Shown here piece after piece: positions 32,100 to 42,494 of a stretch of DNA of 64,000 nt. Made by a program: the position numbers and the translations under genes. The DNA is from an uncultured delta proteobacterium (GTDB taxonomy: Bacteria > Desulfobacterota > RBG-13-43-22). Under the pieces are notes generated by a model. It was not told the DNA's origin. It saw only the letters and a list, made by a program, of their open reading frames with translations, and did not search any database. The stretch covers positions 352,001 through 416,000 of the forward strand of contig CAWJJC010000027.1 in the NCBI GenBank assembly GCA_963843145.1. Direction: 5' to 3'. Each line of letters begins with the position of its first letter. Within the stretch, counting starts at the first letter, position 1.

Positions 32100-33257
32100 T
32101 TAGAGATCATCCGAGATCAGCACCAGATTGTCCCGGTGGATGGCTTCGTCGGACTGTTTGAACTCTAAGCGCTTTTCAATTTCAGAAGACTTCAGCCCTT
32201 TGATCTTCTCCAGATCGGAAGAGGAGTAATTCACCAGGCCCTTGGCCACCCGTCTACCCTCCTGATCCAGACAACCGACACAGGAGCCTACCCCAAAACG
32301 GCCTCGCACCGTGACGATACCGGAAGGCAAGAGACTCTTTCCTTTTTCGACCAGTGCTTTTCGGGCCCCGTCATCAAGAATAATTTCGCCCCGAGGTTTA
32401 AGGGTATAGGCAATCCAATGTTTCTTGCGACTTAACGATTGTTTCTGGGGGAGGAAAAGGGTACCCCAGGGCTTGCCTTTAATGATCTCCTTCAAAACCC
32501 CTTCCCGGCGCCCATTGGCAATGATGACCGGAGTACCTTGGAAGGTTACCTTTCGGGCGGCCTTGATTTTGGTCCGCATTCCCCCCAGGCCCCATTCGCC
32601 GGAACTAAGGGAGGTAAAGCGTATGACCTGGCTGTCCACCTTCTCTACCACCGGGACCAATTCAGCCTGGGGATACTGCCGGGGGTCCCGGCTGTAAAGC
32701 CCGTCCATATCGGTCAGGATGATCAACAAATCTCCATCAATGAGATGGGTAATCAGGGCTGAGAGATTGTCGTTGTCGCCGAATTTGATCTCCTCCACGG
32801 CCACGGTATCGTTCTCGTTGATGATGGGGATGATCCCCCAGTTCAGCAAGGTAGTCAGGGTATTGCGGGCATTGAGGTATCTGCCCCGATGGGTCAGATC
32901 GTCCCGGGTAAGCAGGATCTGAGCGACTTTCAGGTCGAAACGGTCGAAGGCTTCCTCGTAGACCTGAATCAAACGGCCTTGGCCGATGGCGGCCACGGCC
33001 TGTTTCTCGGGAATGGTTTCCGGTTTTTTCTTGATCCCCAGCTTTCCCATCCCGGAGGCGATCGCCCCGGAAGAAACCAGGGTCACCTTCAACCCCTTTT
33101 TCTCCAGGAAGGCCATTTCTTCGGAGAGTCGAAGAATGGTCGGCCGGTGTAAGGCCCCATTTTCCGTGAGGACCGCGCTCCCCACCTTGATGACTACCCG
33201 ATTGACTCCTTTAAGAAGTTCTTTCCGTTGTACCGTCAGTGATTCCTGGGGAGTCAT
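32100..33257 (-). CDS. proB: Glutamate 5-kinase with PUA domain
   Basis: VIKVGS, SSGAI, INENDTV, FGDNDNLSA, SLLPSGI. Confidence 0.97.
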   Translation of the reverse strand: MTPQESLTVQRKELLKGVNRVVIKVGSAVLTENGALHRPTILRLSEEMAFLEKKGLKVTLVSSGAIASGMGKLGIKKKPETIPEKQAVAAIGQGRLIQVYEEAFDRFDLKVAQILLTRDDLTHRGRYLNARNTLTTLLNWGIIPIINENDTVAVEEIKFGDNDNLSALITHLIDGDLLIILTDMDGLYSRDPRQYPQAELVPVVEKVDSQVIRFTSLSSGEWGLGGMRTKIKAARKVTFQGTPVIIANGRREGVLKEIIKGKPWGTLFLPQKQSLSRKKHWIAYTLKPRGEIILDDGARKALVEKGKSLLPSGIVTVRGRFGVGSCVGCLDQEGRRVAKGLVNYSSSDLEKIKGLKSSEIEKRLEFKQSDEAIHRDNLVLISDDL

Positions 33258-34248
33258 TTTGGATTTCAACCTTTTGAAAAATTTGGGCGACCAACTCTTC
33301 CAACCCCTCTCCGGTCAGCGCTGATATCCCCAAGGGGGCAGCGCCCTGTTCCCGAAAGCGCGCTGCCGTTTTCAGAAACTCCTTCCGGACCGGAGGTAAA
33401 TCTATTTTGTTGACCACCACCAGGGAGGGCTTCTCCAGTATCCTGGGGTTAAAAGCTTGTATTTCCTGCCTAATGATCTGCCATGATCTTAGGGGATGGG
33501 CATCGGCTCCGTCAACCAAATAAATAAGCAGCCGGGTCCTTTCAATGTGGCGTAGAAATTTCAACCCCAACCCGGAACCCGAACCGGCCCCCTCGATGAG
33601 CCCGGGTATGTCGGCCAGGGTCAATCGTCGACCGCGCGGGTCTTCAACGACTCCCAGATTGGGGGTTAAGGTGGTAAAGGGATAATCGGCGATTTTTGGT
33701 TTAGCCGCGGAGATCTTCGAAAGCAGTGTGGATTTTCCGGCATTGGGGAGGCCGATCAGTCCCACCTGGGCTAAAAGTTTCAGTTCCAGGCGCAGCCATC
33801 GTTCTATTGCGGGTTCCCCGTCCTGGGCAAATCGGGGTGTCCGCTGGGTGGCCGAGGCGAAATGTCTATTCCCCTTTCCGCCACGTCCCCCTGCTGCGGC
33901 AACCCAGATCTGGCCGTCCGCAACCAAATCCGCAAAAATTTCTCCGGATTCGGGATCCCGAACCAGGGTCCCCAGAGGAACCGGTATCCGAATGTCCTCG
34001 CCGTTCTTGCCGTGGCGGTCATTTCCCTGGCCTTGTCCGCCCTTGGCGGCCTTAAAATGTTGCTGGTATTGAAAATCAAGAAGGGAATGGATCTTCGAAG
34101 AAGCAATGAAGAGCACGTCTCCCCCTCGGCCGCCGTCCCCGCCATCAGGGCCGCCAAAGGGTTTAAACCGCTCCCGCCGGAAACTGACACAGCCCTTCCC
34201 CCCGGCACCGGAGCGAACAAATATTTTGGCCTCATCAACAAACTTCAA
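33211..34248 (-). CDS. obgE: GTPase ObgE/CgtA
   Basis: FVDEAKI, GGPDGGDGGRGG, GLPNAGKST, DIPG, NKID. Confidence 0.97.
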   Translation of the reverse strand: MKFVDEAKIFVRSGAGGKGCVSFRRERFKPFGGPDGGDGGRGGDVLFIASSKIHSLLDFQYQQHFKAAKGGQGQGNDRHGKNGEDIRIPVPLGTLVRDPESGEIFADLVADGQIWVAAAGGRGGKGNRHFASATQRTPRFAQDGEPAIERWLRLELKLLAQVGLIGLPNAGKSTLLSKISAAKPKIADYPFTTLTPNLGVVEDPRGRRLTLADIPGLIEGAGSGSGLGLKFLRHIERTRLLIYLVDGADAHPLRSWQIIRQEIQAFNPRILEKPSLVVVNKIDLPPVRKEFLKTAARFREQGAAPLGISALTGEGLEELVAQIFQKVEIQNDSPGITDGTTERTS

Positions 34249-34351
34249 CGATGACCAGGATTGACGGGCGTCGACCGCCCTGGAGGGCGGCCGACGGGCG
34301 CTTTATTTTAGAGGATTGGTTGTTCGTGAGATCAACGATTGGGTCGGCAAA

Positions 34352-34600
34352 TTAGCGGATGCTTATTCTTTTCCGGTCCTGGCCGAAGGCTTCAAAGGAC
34401 ACGACCCCCTCCACCTTGGCAAAAAGGGTATAGTCTTTGCCCATGCCCACATTTTCACCGGGGTGAAACTTGGTCCCAATCTGGCGGACGAGGATATTCC
34501 CCGCTTTAACCCGCTGCCCGGAATAGCGCTTGACCCCCAGCCGCTGTCCGCCGCTGTCTCGACCGTTTCGAGAGCTGCCTCCCGCTTTCTTATGTGCCAT
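34352..34600 (-). CDS. rpmA: 50S ribosomal protein L27
   Basis: [16 protein letters not shown]. Confidence 0.98.
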   Translation of the reverse strand: MAHKKAGGSSRNGRDSGGQRLGVKRYSGQRVKAGNILVRQIGTKFHPGENVGMGKDYTLFAKVEGVVSFEAFGQDRKRISIR

Positions 34601-34626
34601 ATTCGTTACTCCTTTTAACCAAAAAT

Positions 34627-34953
34627 CTAACTATTTTCGGTTAGGCCTTGGATGGCCTTGATCTTTAGCGCCGTGAAAGGCTGGCGGTGCCCCACCATCT
34701 TTCGATAGCCCTTGCGGCGTTTATGCTTAAATATTAATACCTTTCGTTGGCGTCCCTGCCGGAGGATTTCGCCCTCCACCGAGACCTCTTCCAAAAAAGG
34801 ATGTCCCACCAAGACCTTTTCATCCTGGGCAATAAACAAGACCTGCGGGAGTACCACGTTTTCCCCCACCTGCCCGCTTAATTGCTCCACCTGAATGATA
34901 TCGCCCGGAGCTACCTGATACTGTTTTCCGCCGGTTTGGATGATGGCATACAT
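34627..34953 (-). CDS. rplU: 50S ribosomal protein L21
   Basis: [12 protein letters not shown]...GHRQ. Confidence 0.98.
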   Translation of the reverse strand: MYAIIQTGGKQYQVAPGDIIQVEQLSGQVGENVVLPQVLFIAQDEKVLVGHPFLEEVSVEGEILRQGRQRKVLIFKHKRRKGYRKMVGHRQPFTALKIKAIQGLTENS

Positions 34954-35011
34954 AAGCTTTTCCTTTGATAAAAATTATAAAAGGAGTATTAAACCACAAT
35001 TTTATTTTTTG

Positions 35012-36544
35012 TCAACTATAAATTTCAAATTGCTCGATATGAATATTCTCTCTCGATTCCACCGAAATGCGCTTATTGATCCGCTCTTCGAGTTCCTCCA
35101 TGGCCGGTCGTTCCTCGTCCAAAAGCAGGTGGGCGATATCCGGGTGAACCCGCGCGACGACGTTCTCCCGATTCGACTCCCAGGCCTCCCTTTCAATCTG
35201 GCGCAGGACCTGGTAGCAGATGGAATTGCGTGACTTCAACCACCCTTCCCCCTCGCAATAGAAGCAGGGTTCCCGGAAAATGCGATTCAAGTTTTCTCGG
35301 GTCCGTTTTCGGGTCATCTCGATCAAACCCAATTCGGACATTTTCAGCACGTTGGTCTTGCTTTTATCCCTTTTCAGGGCCTCTCTCAGGGCGTTGAAGA
35401 CCTTTTCGCGATCATTCTTTTTTTCCATATCGATGAAATCGATGACCACCAGCCCTCCGATGTTACGCAGGCGCAACTGATAGGCGATCTCCTTGACCGC
35501 CTCCAGGTTGGTCTTGAGGATGGTTTCCTCCAGGTTGCGCTTCCCCACGTATCGGCCGGTATTCACGTCGATGGAAGTCAAGGCCTCGGTCATTTCGATG
35601 ACAATATAACCGCCGGATTTCAGCCAGACCTTTCTTCCCAAGGCCCGTCCTAATTCCATCTCGATCCCGTGGGCGTCAAAGAGGGGCTCCGGCTCCTCAT
35701 ATAAATGAACCAGATTCTTGAGCTTGGGATTGAAGGTATCAATAAAATTGAGGATCTGCTCGTATTCCTTTTTTCCGTCGATCACCAGGCGGTCCACTTC
35801 CTTGGTGAACAGGTCCCGGACCGAACGGAGGGTGACGTTTAAGTCCTGATAAATCAAACTGGAGACCGGTGCCCGGGACATCTTCTGTTGGATGTTATTC
35901 CAAAGTTTGATCAGGAAATCCATCTCGGTTTTGATCTTGTCTTTGGGCGCGCCTTCCCCGGCCGTCCGGGCAATCAAACCAAACCCGTTGGGTTTGATAC
36001 CGGTTAACAAGTCCCGAAGGTTCCGTCGTTCCTCTTCGTCTTCAATCCGTCGGGAAACTCCCACGTGATCCATGGTGGGCATCAAGACCAGGTGCCTCCC
36101 GGGAAGGGAAATGTGGGTGGTGATCCGCGCGCCTTTGGAGCCGATCGGTTCCCGCATGATCTGAACCAGAAGTTCCTGGCCTTCCTTCAAGAGGTCTTCG
36201 ATATTGTTGAAGTAAAGGGGGCGAACCTTTTCTTCCAACTCCTCAGAGGCGTCGCCGAAAGTCTCTTCCAGGTCGCCCTCTTCTTCATCCTGCATCAGGG
36301 CTTCAAATTCTTCATAATTATCGGCCACGTCACTCACATATAAAAAACCGGCCCTTTCCAGCCCGATATCCACAAAAGCCGCCTGCATCCCGGGCAAGAC
36401 CCGGACCACTCGTCCTTTGTAAATATTGCCCGCCAGGCTGTTTCGCTGAGGCCGTTCCAAATGGAACTCGGTTAAGATGTTATTCTCAACCAGAGCAACA
36501 CGGGTTTCATAGGAGCGGGCGTTGATGAGTAGTTCAATGGACAT
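35012..36544 (-). CDS. rng: Ribonuclease G (Rne/Rng family)
   Basis: GNIYKGRVVRVLPGMQAAFVDIG, DVNTG, IDFIDM, CFYCEGEG. Confidence 0.95.
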   Translation of the reverse strand: MSIELLINARSYETRVALVENNILTEFHLERPQRNSLAGNIYKGRVVRVLPGMQAAFVDIGLERAGFLYVSDVADNYEEFEALMQDEEEGDLEETFGDASEELEEKVRPLYFNNIEDLLKEGQELLVQIMREPIGSKGARITTHISLPGRHLVLMPTMDHVGVSRRIEDEEERRNLRDLLTGIKPNGFGLIARTAGEGAPKDKIKTEMDFLIKLWNNIQQKMSRAPVSSLIYQDLNVTLRSVRDLFTKEVDRLVIDGKKEYEQILNFIDTFNPKLKNLVHLYEEPEPLFDAHGIEMELGRALGRKVWLKSGGYIVIEMTEALTSIDVNTGRYVGKRNLEETILKTNLEAVKEIAYQLRLRNIGGLVVIDFIDMEKKNDREKVFNALREALKRDKSKTNVLKMSELGLIEMTRKRTRENLNRIFREPCFYCEGEGWLKSRNSICYQVLRQIEREAWESNRENVVARVHPDIAHLLLDEERPAMEELEERINKRISVESRENIHIEQFEIYS

Positions 36545-36643
36545 GCCGTATTTTCCTTTGACCGACGGTTAAAGGAACCGTATCCGGAAAATTAGTTTTT
36601 ATTTGAATTTATTACTAATCTAGTTTACACCATTGATGGGTCC

Positions 36644-38350
36644 ATGTCAAAAATGAAACTGGTTCTAATACAACCTCCGATCGAAGATTTCTATCATACC
36701 CCGGTACGGTTGGTCCCCCTGGGCTTAGGATATTTAAAAGCGACGGTTAAAAAATACCTGCCCCAAGTGGAAGTGGTCATCAAAGATTACCACCAGGGTT
36801 GGGGTCGCCGAACCATCCCCCTCCCCCACGACCTGGCTTATTTGAAGGAGTATTACGCCTGGCCGGACCAGAGCCCCTTTTCCACTTTTTTTCACTATTA
36901 CCATTTCGGGGCTGACTATAAAACCCTGACCTCGGAAATCGTCCGGGAAAAACCTGATCTTGTCGGAATTTCTTCCCTATTTACTCCCTACCATCGTGAA
37001 GTCTGGCAAAGCGCCGAGGCCCTGAAGAAAAGGCTGAACATCCCGATTTTATTGGGCGGGGCACATGTTTCCGCCGCCCCGGAGTTGATGCTCGCTCATC
37101 CCGCGGTGGATTGGGTTATCCGGGGAGAGGGCGAAAAACCACTGGTCGAATTGCTCCGGGCCATCCTTGAGGGACGAGCCTTATCCGGAATCCCGAACTT
37201 GGGATTTAAACAAGAAGGGCGGATAATCCTCAATCCCATCGAGGAGAACTATCCCCTGGAAGAGATCCCCTGTCCGGATCTCTCGGACCTGCCGCCGGAT
37301 TATTATTTATACGATCGAAAACCCCTCTGTTTCCTGATGACCTCCAGAGGGTGCCCTCACCGTTGCGCTTTTTGCTCGGTTCATCTGACCTTCGGCCGAA
37401 GGCATCGTCGCCGCCGACCCGAGGCCGTTTTTGAAGAGATCCAAGAAAGGTATCGCCAGGGTTACCGGATTTTTGATTTTGAAGACGACAACCTGACCTT
37501 CTCCCGGGAGGACATGATCACCCTGGCCGAACACCTCAGCCGGACCTTTGCCCCGGGGGAAGTGCAGTGTCTGGCCATGAATGGGATTTCCTATATGAGT
37601 TTGGATCCGGAGCTGTTGGCGGTAATGAAAAAGGCTCATTTCACCCAGCTAAACTTATCCTTGGTCAGCCTGGATCGTGAAACCCGGAATCGCGCCCAGC
37701 GGCCCCATACCTTGAACCGCTATATCACCGTGGTCCAAGAGGCCCATCGATTGGGTTTCAAACTGGTTTCCTACCAGATTTTAGGCCTGCCCGGGGAATC
37801 CCTGGAGTCCATGATCCGGACCCTGGTCCTGGCCGCCGGCCTGCCCGTCCTGATCGGGGCCTCACCCTTTTACTTGTCCCCCCGAACCCCTTTATCCCTG
37901 AATTTTCCCGCGCCTGAAGCCAGCGATCTATTTCGCGCCCGGCTTACCGCGCTGGCCCTGGAGACCGACTCCTGTAAACGGGAGGACCTCTACACCCTTT
38001 GGGTGGCCACCCGAATCATCAATTTCATGAAGGGCCTGCACTTCAGCCCGGCCTGCATTTCTTTTTCCGAAGCCCTGGACCTGGCCCTTAAGCAAGGCCG
38101 CCGGGCCGCCTCGGGAGTGGAGATCCTCTCCCGCCTGCTGACGGAAAAAACGTTTTACGCCGCCACCCCGGACGGTTTAAGGCCCCTGCCCAAATTTCGC
38201 GCCCCCCTCTTTTTCAAACTCTGGACTCAATTGAGACAAATTGTGACTACGGAAGGGAAAGGAATAACTTTAGATAAATTTGATCTTAAAAAAAACGTTC
38301 TGCAGGTACTGGGCGTAGAGGTCGGCCATTTCGGTATCGAGAACCCATAA
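36644..38350 (+). CDS. B12-binding-domain radical SAM protein
   Basis: PLGLGYL, GGAHVS, GEGE, TSRGCPHRCAFC, EDDNLT. Confidence 0.88.
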   Translation: MSKMKLVLIQPPIEDFYHTPVRLVPLGLGYLKATVKKYLPQVEVVIKDYHQGWGRRTIPLPHDLAYLKEYYAWPDQSPFSTFFHYYHFGADYKTLTSEIVREKPDLVGISSLFTPYHREVWQSAEALKKRLNIPILLGGAHVSAAPELMLAHPAVDWVIRGEGEKPLVELLRAILEGRALSGIPNLGFKQEGRIILNPIEENYPLEEIPCPDLSDLPPDYYLYDRKPLCFLMTSRGCPHRCAFCSVHLTFGRRHRRRRPEAVFEEIQERYRQGYRIFDFEDDNLTFSREDMITLAEHLSRTFAPGEVQCLAMNGISYMSLDPELLAVMKKAHFTQLNLSLVSLDRETRNRAQRPHTLNRYITVVQEAHRLGFKLVSYQILGLPGESLESMIRTLVLAAGLPVLIGASPFYLSPRTPLSLNFPAPEASDLFRARLTALALETDSCKREDLYTLWVATRIINFMKGLHFSPACISFSEALDLALKQGRRAASGVEILSRLLTEKTFYAATPDGLRPLPKFRAPLFFKLWTQLRQIVTTEGKGITLDKFDLKKNVLQVLGVEVGHFGIENP

Positions 38351-40435
38351 GTTATAAATTCGATCATAGGGAAAATTATTGTTTTTGAGGTAATCGGAGG
38401 GAAGGACCATAATAGGCATTTGCTGCACCGGATAATGGCTGCCCAACCAGGTCAGGACCTTAAGAAAAACATCAAAAGGCAAATGCTGATGGTCCAGGAT
38501 GAACAGGCTGGCCGAATTGGTTAATTCCGAGAGGTTCAACCCCATATTGGTCCTGGTGATGGACAGCACGAGGTAGAGATCTTTATTTCTTCTTAGGGCG
38601 AGAACATCTCTCTCCCGATAGAGACCGGCTCGGGTGTACGATTGGCTCAGCGTATCCACGCCGATCCGGGAAGGCTTCAAGTCCAGGGCTTCCAAAAGCA
38701 ACCCTCCGGAATAATCCTGGTAAAATTCAGCCAATCTTTCCATATCCTCGGGTTCGGCCTTTTCAATCACCCACGGGTCCGGCAGGGGTTCCGGTCTTAT
38801 GTAGGAGGGGTAGTTCAAAAAAGCCAGGCCGTCTTGAGATATGGCGGCCTGGTTTTTAATTTTTCTGACCGCACCCCCGAAAATCAGGTTGGAAAATTTA
38901 TTGGTGGACTGGAAATAGCAGATGATGTATTTCATCCGCGATTGAGTTAAATTCAAGGAGTCGTTGATATACCGGTGTAGTTGGTAGAGCAGGGTCAAAC
39001 CAACTTTTTTATATCGAAATTCAGGGTCGGCCGCATAATGATGGATCATCCAGGCATTCTCATACACCCGCAACATCCCGATGTGGCCCTGAATTTCTCC
39101 ATGCTCCTGGTAGGTGAAATGGCGGGCGATTTCGGGGTGATTCATATAAACGTTTTTATAAATCTCCGGCAGGTGCTGCTTGTTCTTTAAAATCTGTTGA
39201 TATTTCTGGGGGTAAATAAAACCCGACCGAAAAAACAAAGACCATAAGGATTCAAAATCGATCGGGCCACCCATCTCCACGTTTTGGTTGACGGTCTTAT
39301 TTAAAAGACTGGACAGCCTTAAATGGTCCTCCGTGGAAATGTCCAGGATAAAAAAACCGAATTGCACCCTGGTCCCTTGGACTTGTTTGCGGTAAATAAT
39401 CTGCCCTCGACATTTCAGGCAGGATAAATCGGGAAATTCAATTTTAATCTCCGGGAGGATCAGACCGGGAATCAGGTTGGCGTTTTCCGTCTCTTCTTGC
39501 TCCACCGAAAACCCGGTGATGGATATATCCTGGGCCGGGAATTTAATCAGTTTTTTAATGAGGGGATGCTGAAAGATGATGTTGGGCGGCGGGGACAGTC
39601 TGAAGCGATCGGTTCGGAGTTCCCTTTTTTTTACCCGCTCGAAACCATCCTCTAAAAGCTGCAAGACCACGACCCGGTCCCGCTGCTGATCCCATTCCTT
39701 TAAAAGGGTGGCCCTACCCGAATAAACGACCTCACCCTCTTCGGTGCTGAGCTGGATAGTCAACGGCTTGTCGGGATTGATCCAATTCCATTGGGCTAGT
39801 TCGGCTTCGGAGATCAACATCCGCAGGCTGGTGATACTGAATTCGTTTAAGCGACCCCGGCAACTGAACCCGTCTTGAAAGAAGTGGGCCCGGATCGACT
39901 GGCAGACAAAACGCCGGTTTTTTCGGGAGGCGACCTCAACCCCTTTAAGGGGAATTTTCAATAGTAGATGGTCCTCTTCTAGCCGGATATCCTCCGGTTT
40001 GGCGATGACCACCGACCGGCCTTCATCGATCAAAAAACAAACCAGACGGGCATCCTGGGGAATGGCCGGGGATCCCTGGCTTCTTTCAAGGAGACAATCG
40101 ACTCGATCATTTTGGACGGGAGAGGGTTTGACCGGGAACAAAAGAAGTTCTTTAGATCTCGGGTGACTGAAGACTAAGAAAACATCCTTTTCAAAAAAAT
40201 TATTAAAATTGACCAGGTTAACCAACTGGCTATGATGAAGGATTTTGATATTGGCCGGCAGGTTGTGGCCTTCCGGCCCCGCCTCCTGCAGCCACTCTTC
40301 CGTTAAATCCAAGAGACTCAGCAGGTCCTTATATTGCAAGGGCTCCCTTTCCGAATGAGGGTCTTCCCTCCCGTTGGGTATCGGTTTCTCTTCCTTGGAA
40401 TTAGGAATTAAAAAAGGGTGGATGGAATCCGGCAT
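38270..40435 (-). CDS. Tandem PilZ-domain protein with C-terminal acyltransferase(GNAT)-like region
   Basis: RKNRRF, RTDRF...DISITGF PilZ-like motifs; C-terminal LWSLFFRSGFIYP...GHIGMLR...WMIHH. Confidence 0.6.
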   Translation of the reverse strand: MPDSIHPFLIPNSKEEKPIPNGREDPHSEREPLQYKDLLSLLDLTEEWLQEAGPEGHNLPANIKILHHSQLVNLVNFNNFFEKDVFLVFSHPRSKELLLFPVKPSPVQNDRVDCLLERSQGSPAIPQDARLVCFLIDEGRSVVIAKPEDIRLEEDHLLLKIPLKGVEVASRKNRRFVCQSIRAHFFQDGFSCRGRLNEFSITSLRMLISEAELAQWNWINPDKPLTIQLSTEEGEVVYSGRATLLKEWDQQRDRVVVLQLLEDGFERVKKRELRTDRFRLSPPPNIIFQHPLIKKLIKFPAQDISITGFSVEQEETENANLIPGLILPEIKIEFPDLSCLKCRGQIIYRKQVQGTRVQFGFFILDISTEDHLRLSSLLNKTVNQNVEMGGPIDFESLWSLFFRSGFIYPQKYQQILKNKQHLPEIYKNVYMNHPEIARHFTYQEHGEIQGHIGMLRVYENAWMIHHYAADPEFRYKKVGLTLLYQLHRYINDSLNLTQSRMKYIICYFQSTNKFSNLIFGGAVRKIKNQAAISQDGLAFLNYPSYIRPEPLPDPWVIEKAEPEDMERLAEFYQDYSGGLLLEALDLKPSRIGVDTLSQSYTRAGLYRERDVLALRRNKDLYLVLSITRTNMGLNLSELTNSASLFILDHQHLPFDVFLKVLTWLGSHYPVQQMPIMVLPSDYLKNNNFPYDRIYNLWVLDTEMADLYAQYLQNVFFKIKFI

Positions 40436-40491
40436 GGCCTCTTCTTTATGACGTTTCGCCCTTTTCGTTGTGTACCCTCCCAAATTGGCCT

Positions 40492-40712
40492 GGCCGCCGG
40501 TTCTCGGCCAAAGGGTTTTCCAAAGGTACTCCGGACTTCGAATACGGATTTAACTCACTAAATTTACTAAAAGACCTCCTAAACTCAGACACTTACAATC
40601 CCTCCCGGTCCAGACCTGCCTCCCGAAAGACTTAATAACGCGGGCGTCGGCTTAGAACCTTAAAAGGCCCGCCGCGGTGGGCGGATAACCCTTGGGCCGA
40701 GAACCGACGGCC
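40492..40712. repeat. 26-30 bp inverted repeat pair flanking about 160 bp
   Basis: GGCCGCCGGTTCTCGGCCAAAGGGTT (40492-40517) vs AACCCTTGGGCCGAGAACCGACGGCC (40687-40712), 2 mismatches. Confidence 0.8.
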
Positions 40713-40765
40713 GCGAGGGCCCGATTTCAGACTAAGCTATCACCTATTTATGGCCACCCAATTAA

Positions 40766-40883
40766 GATGACCTCGCAAAAAGTCAAAAAACGACTTTCTG
40801 CTCGGCGGGGAAGGGCTTCCCCTATCCCCCAGCCCGGCGCTTAATCGCGCTCGGGCTGCTGACGGACTTTCTACGAGTCCGTC
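40766..40883. mobile_element. MITE-like element family C, full copy
   Basis: Imperfect terminal inverted repeats GATGACCTCGCAAAAAGTC / GACTTTCTACGAGTCCGTC; no transposase. Confidence 0.65.
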
Positions 40884-41157
40884 AAATAAAAGGGCGAACA
40901 ACCTTCTTTATAATAATTCAGAGAACGGATTGGGATGAAAATGGATATTGACGCCAGAGTGTAATGAGGAATTACAAGTATGTCAATAAAAATTTACCAC
41001 TACATCTTGTATATTTTATAAAAAACAAGGCGGCCGCGGTGGAGGCGGGAATTACTTAAAAATTCACCCATAAAATAGCAATCCGGCCCTGCTCCATCCT
41101 GGGGACCCGGTCGGTGATCCGCCGCTTTTTGCCCCATATCCTGCGGCGCCGCTTTTT

Positions 41158-41307
41158 TTTAGACAGGATTTGCAGGATCGACCGGGATTATTGACCCGGC
41201 CGGATGCCGGGACAAAAGAAGTCCTCTCCGCCTCCGGCGGATAAAGGTTGCTCCCTGCCCTCCGGGAAGGGAGTGAAAATCAAGTATATCCTGTTGATCC
41301 TGTCTGT
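41158..41307. repeat. MITE-like element family B, copy 2
   Basis: AGACAGGATTTGCAGGAT...ATCCTGTTGATCCTGTCT. Confidence 0.7.
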
Positions 41308-41442
41308 CAGGAGATTTGTTGACAATTTCAATAAATTAAGTAGGATATAAGCAGTTTGGTAACCGAAAGAGGGATGGCATTTTCTTTTTTGGACCCCTGG
41401 AAATCATCTGGTTGTTGTAGTTCAAAATAAACAACAGAATAA

Positions 41443-41526
41443 TTTGATGGGCCGGCGGCCCATCCCCAGGCTACGGAGCGCAAAATTAACGGGTGACTAT
41501 GGCTTGCGAAAGCCCGGCCCATCAAA
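41443..41526. repeat. Small element with 13-bp perfect inverted ends
   Basis: TTTGATGGGCCGG / CCGGCCCATCAAA; abuts the attC-like site. Confidence 0.6.
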
Positions 41527-41575
41527 CGGATTGAGCAGACGCGCCATGCCGCGCTCCTCATCCTGGGCGTTAGTC
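41517..41575 (+). mobile_element. attC-like site (left end degraded)
   Basis: GGATTGAG...CTCATCC stem with an extra base, inner CGCG/CGCG, then GTTAGTC (R'-like), RBS and ATG. Confidence 0.6.
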
Positions 41576-41589
41576 GCCAGGAGATAACT

Positions 41590-42455
41590 ATGAAGCATGT
41601 AGCTTTTTGTTTGGTAGTCGGCATACTTGCTTTTGCCACAGGGTGCTGGTCGATTCAGACACAGGCAAAGATCGATCAGGCAAGGCCCAAATTCCGACAG
41701 GGGCACCTCTCGAAACTGATAGCACCGGGAGGGCGGCAGAGGCAGCGCAGAAAGGGGTTACCAGGGTCATTTGTCGCCCTACGTCCTTTGGCGGCACTGG
41801 TTTCCTGCATAAGAGTGGCTTCGTTATAACCGCAGCTCACGTGGTCGCTAACTGCGCGCCGGGAGATCTATTGATTCTTGCTGCCTCTGGAAAACAGACA
41901 GGAGTAGCGTCTGTGTCCGCTGATGATGTCAAAGACTTGGCAATCTTGCGGCCAAGTTCGCCCCTGTCTCGACTCCTCTCCCCATCGCTTCGATATCTGA
42001 GCCTCGGCTCGGCACACAAGTGACTACATGGGGCTATCCAGGTGGATATACAGGGCTTTCCCTCTCCTCAGCGTTGGTTATTTTGCTGGAATCCAAGACT
42101 TCGATTTAGAGACACCCTCCCGCGCTACCCGGCGTTGGGTCATCAATGCCGCTTTTAATGGAGGCAACTCGGGCGGCCACGGTCCTATCAGTGGAAGACG
42201 GCCAGGTCATCGGCGTTGTCAGCAGTAAGCTTCGCGCCTCTGCCCGTGGCCATCGCAAAGATCATAGAAGGCCTTAAGAATGACAAAAGCGGGGTTTACT
42301 CTGGCTGGGTCCATTAACGGCCAATCCGTAAGCCAGGCTCAACTTGCCGGTCACATCTTGGACTATCTTCGTACGCAGGTTCAACTTTAGTTGGTTACGC
42401 GGTCACAACAAAGGACCTTAACGACTTTCTCAAGGCACAGGGTATCGAGCGGTGA
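41590..42455 (+). pseudogene. Trypsin-like serine protease gene cassette with multiple frameshifts
   Basis: Signal peptide, GTGF, ITAAHVV, DLAIL, GYP, NGGNSGG lie in different frames. Confidence 0.75.
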
Positions 42456-42494
42456 ATTGAAATCGCGCTAATGGAACTATTGAACGTGAAAAAC

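Noticed and set aside
40997-41012. NrdR-box-like CCACTACATCTTGTAT
   Set aside because: Single copy with no ribonucleotide reductase gene nearby.
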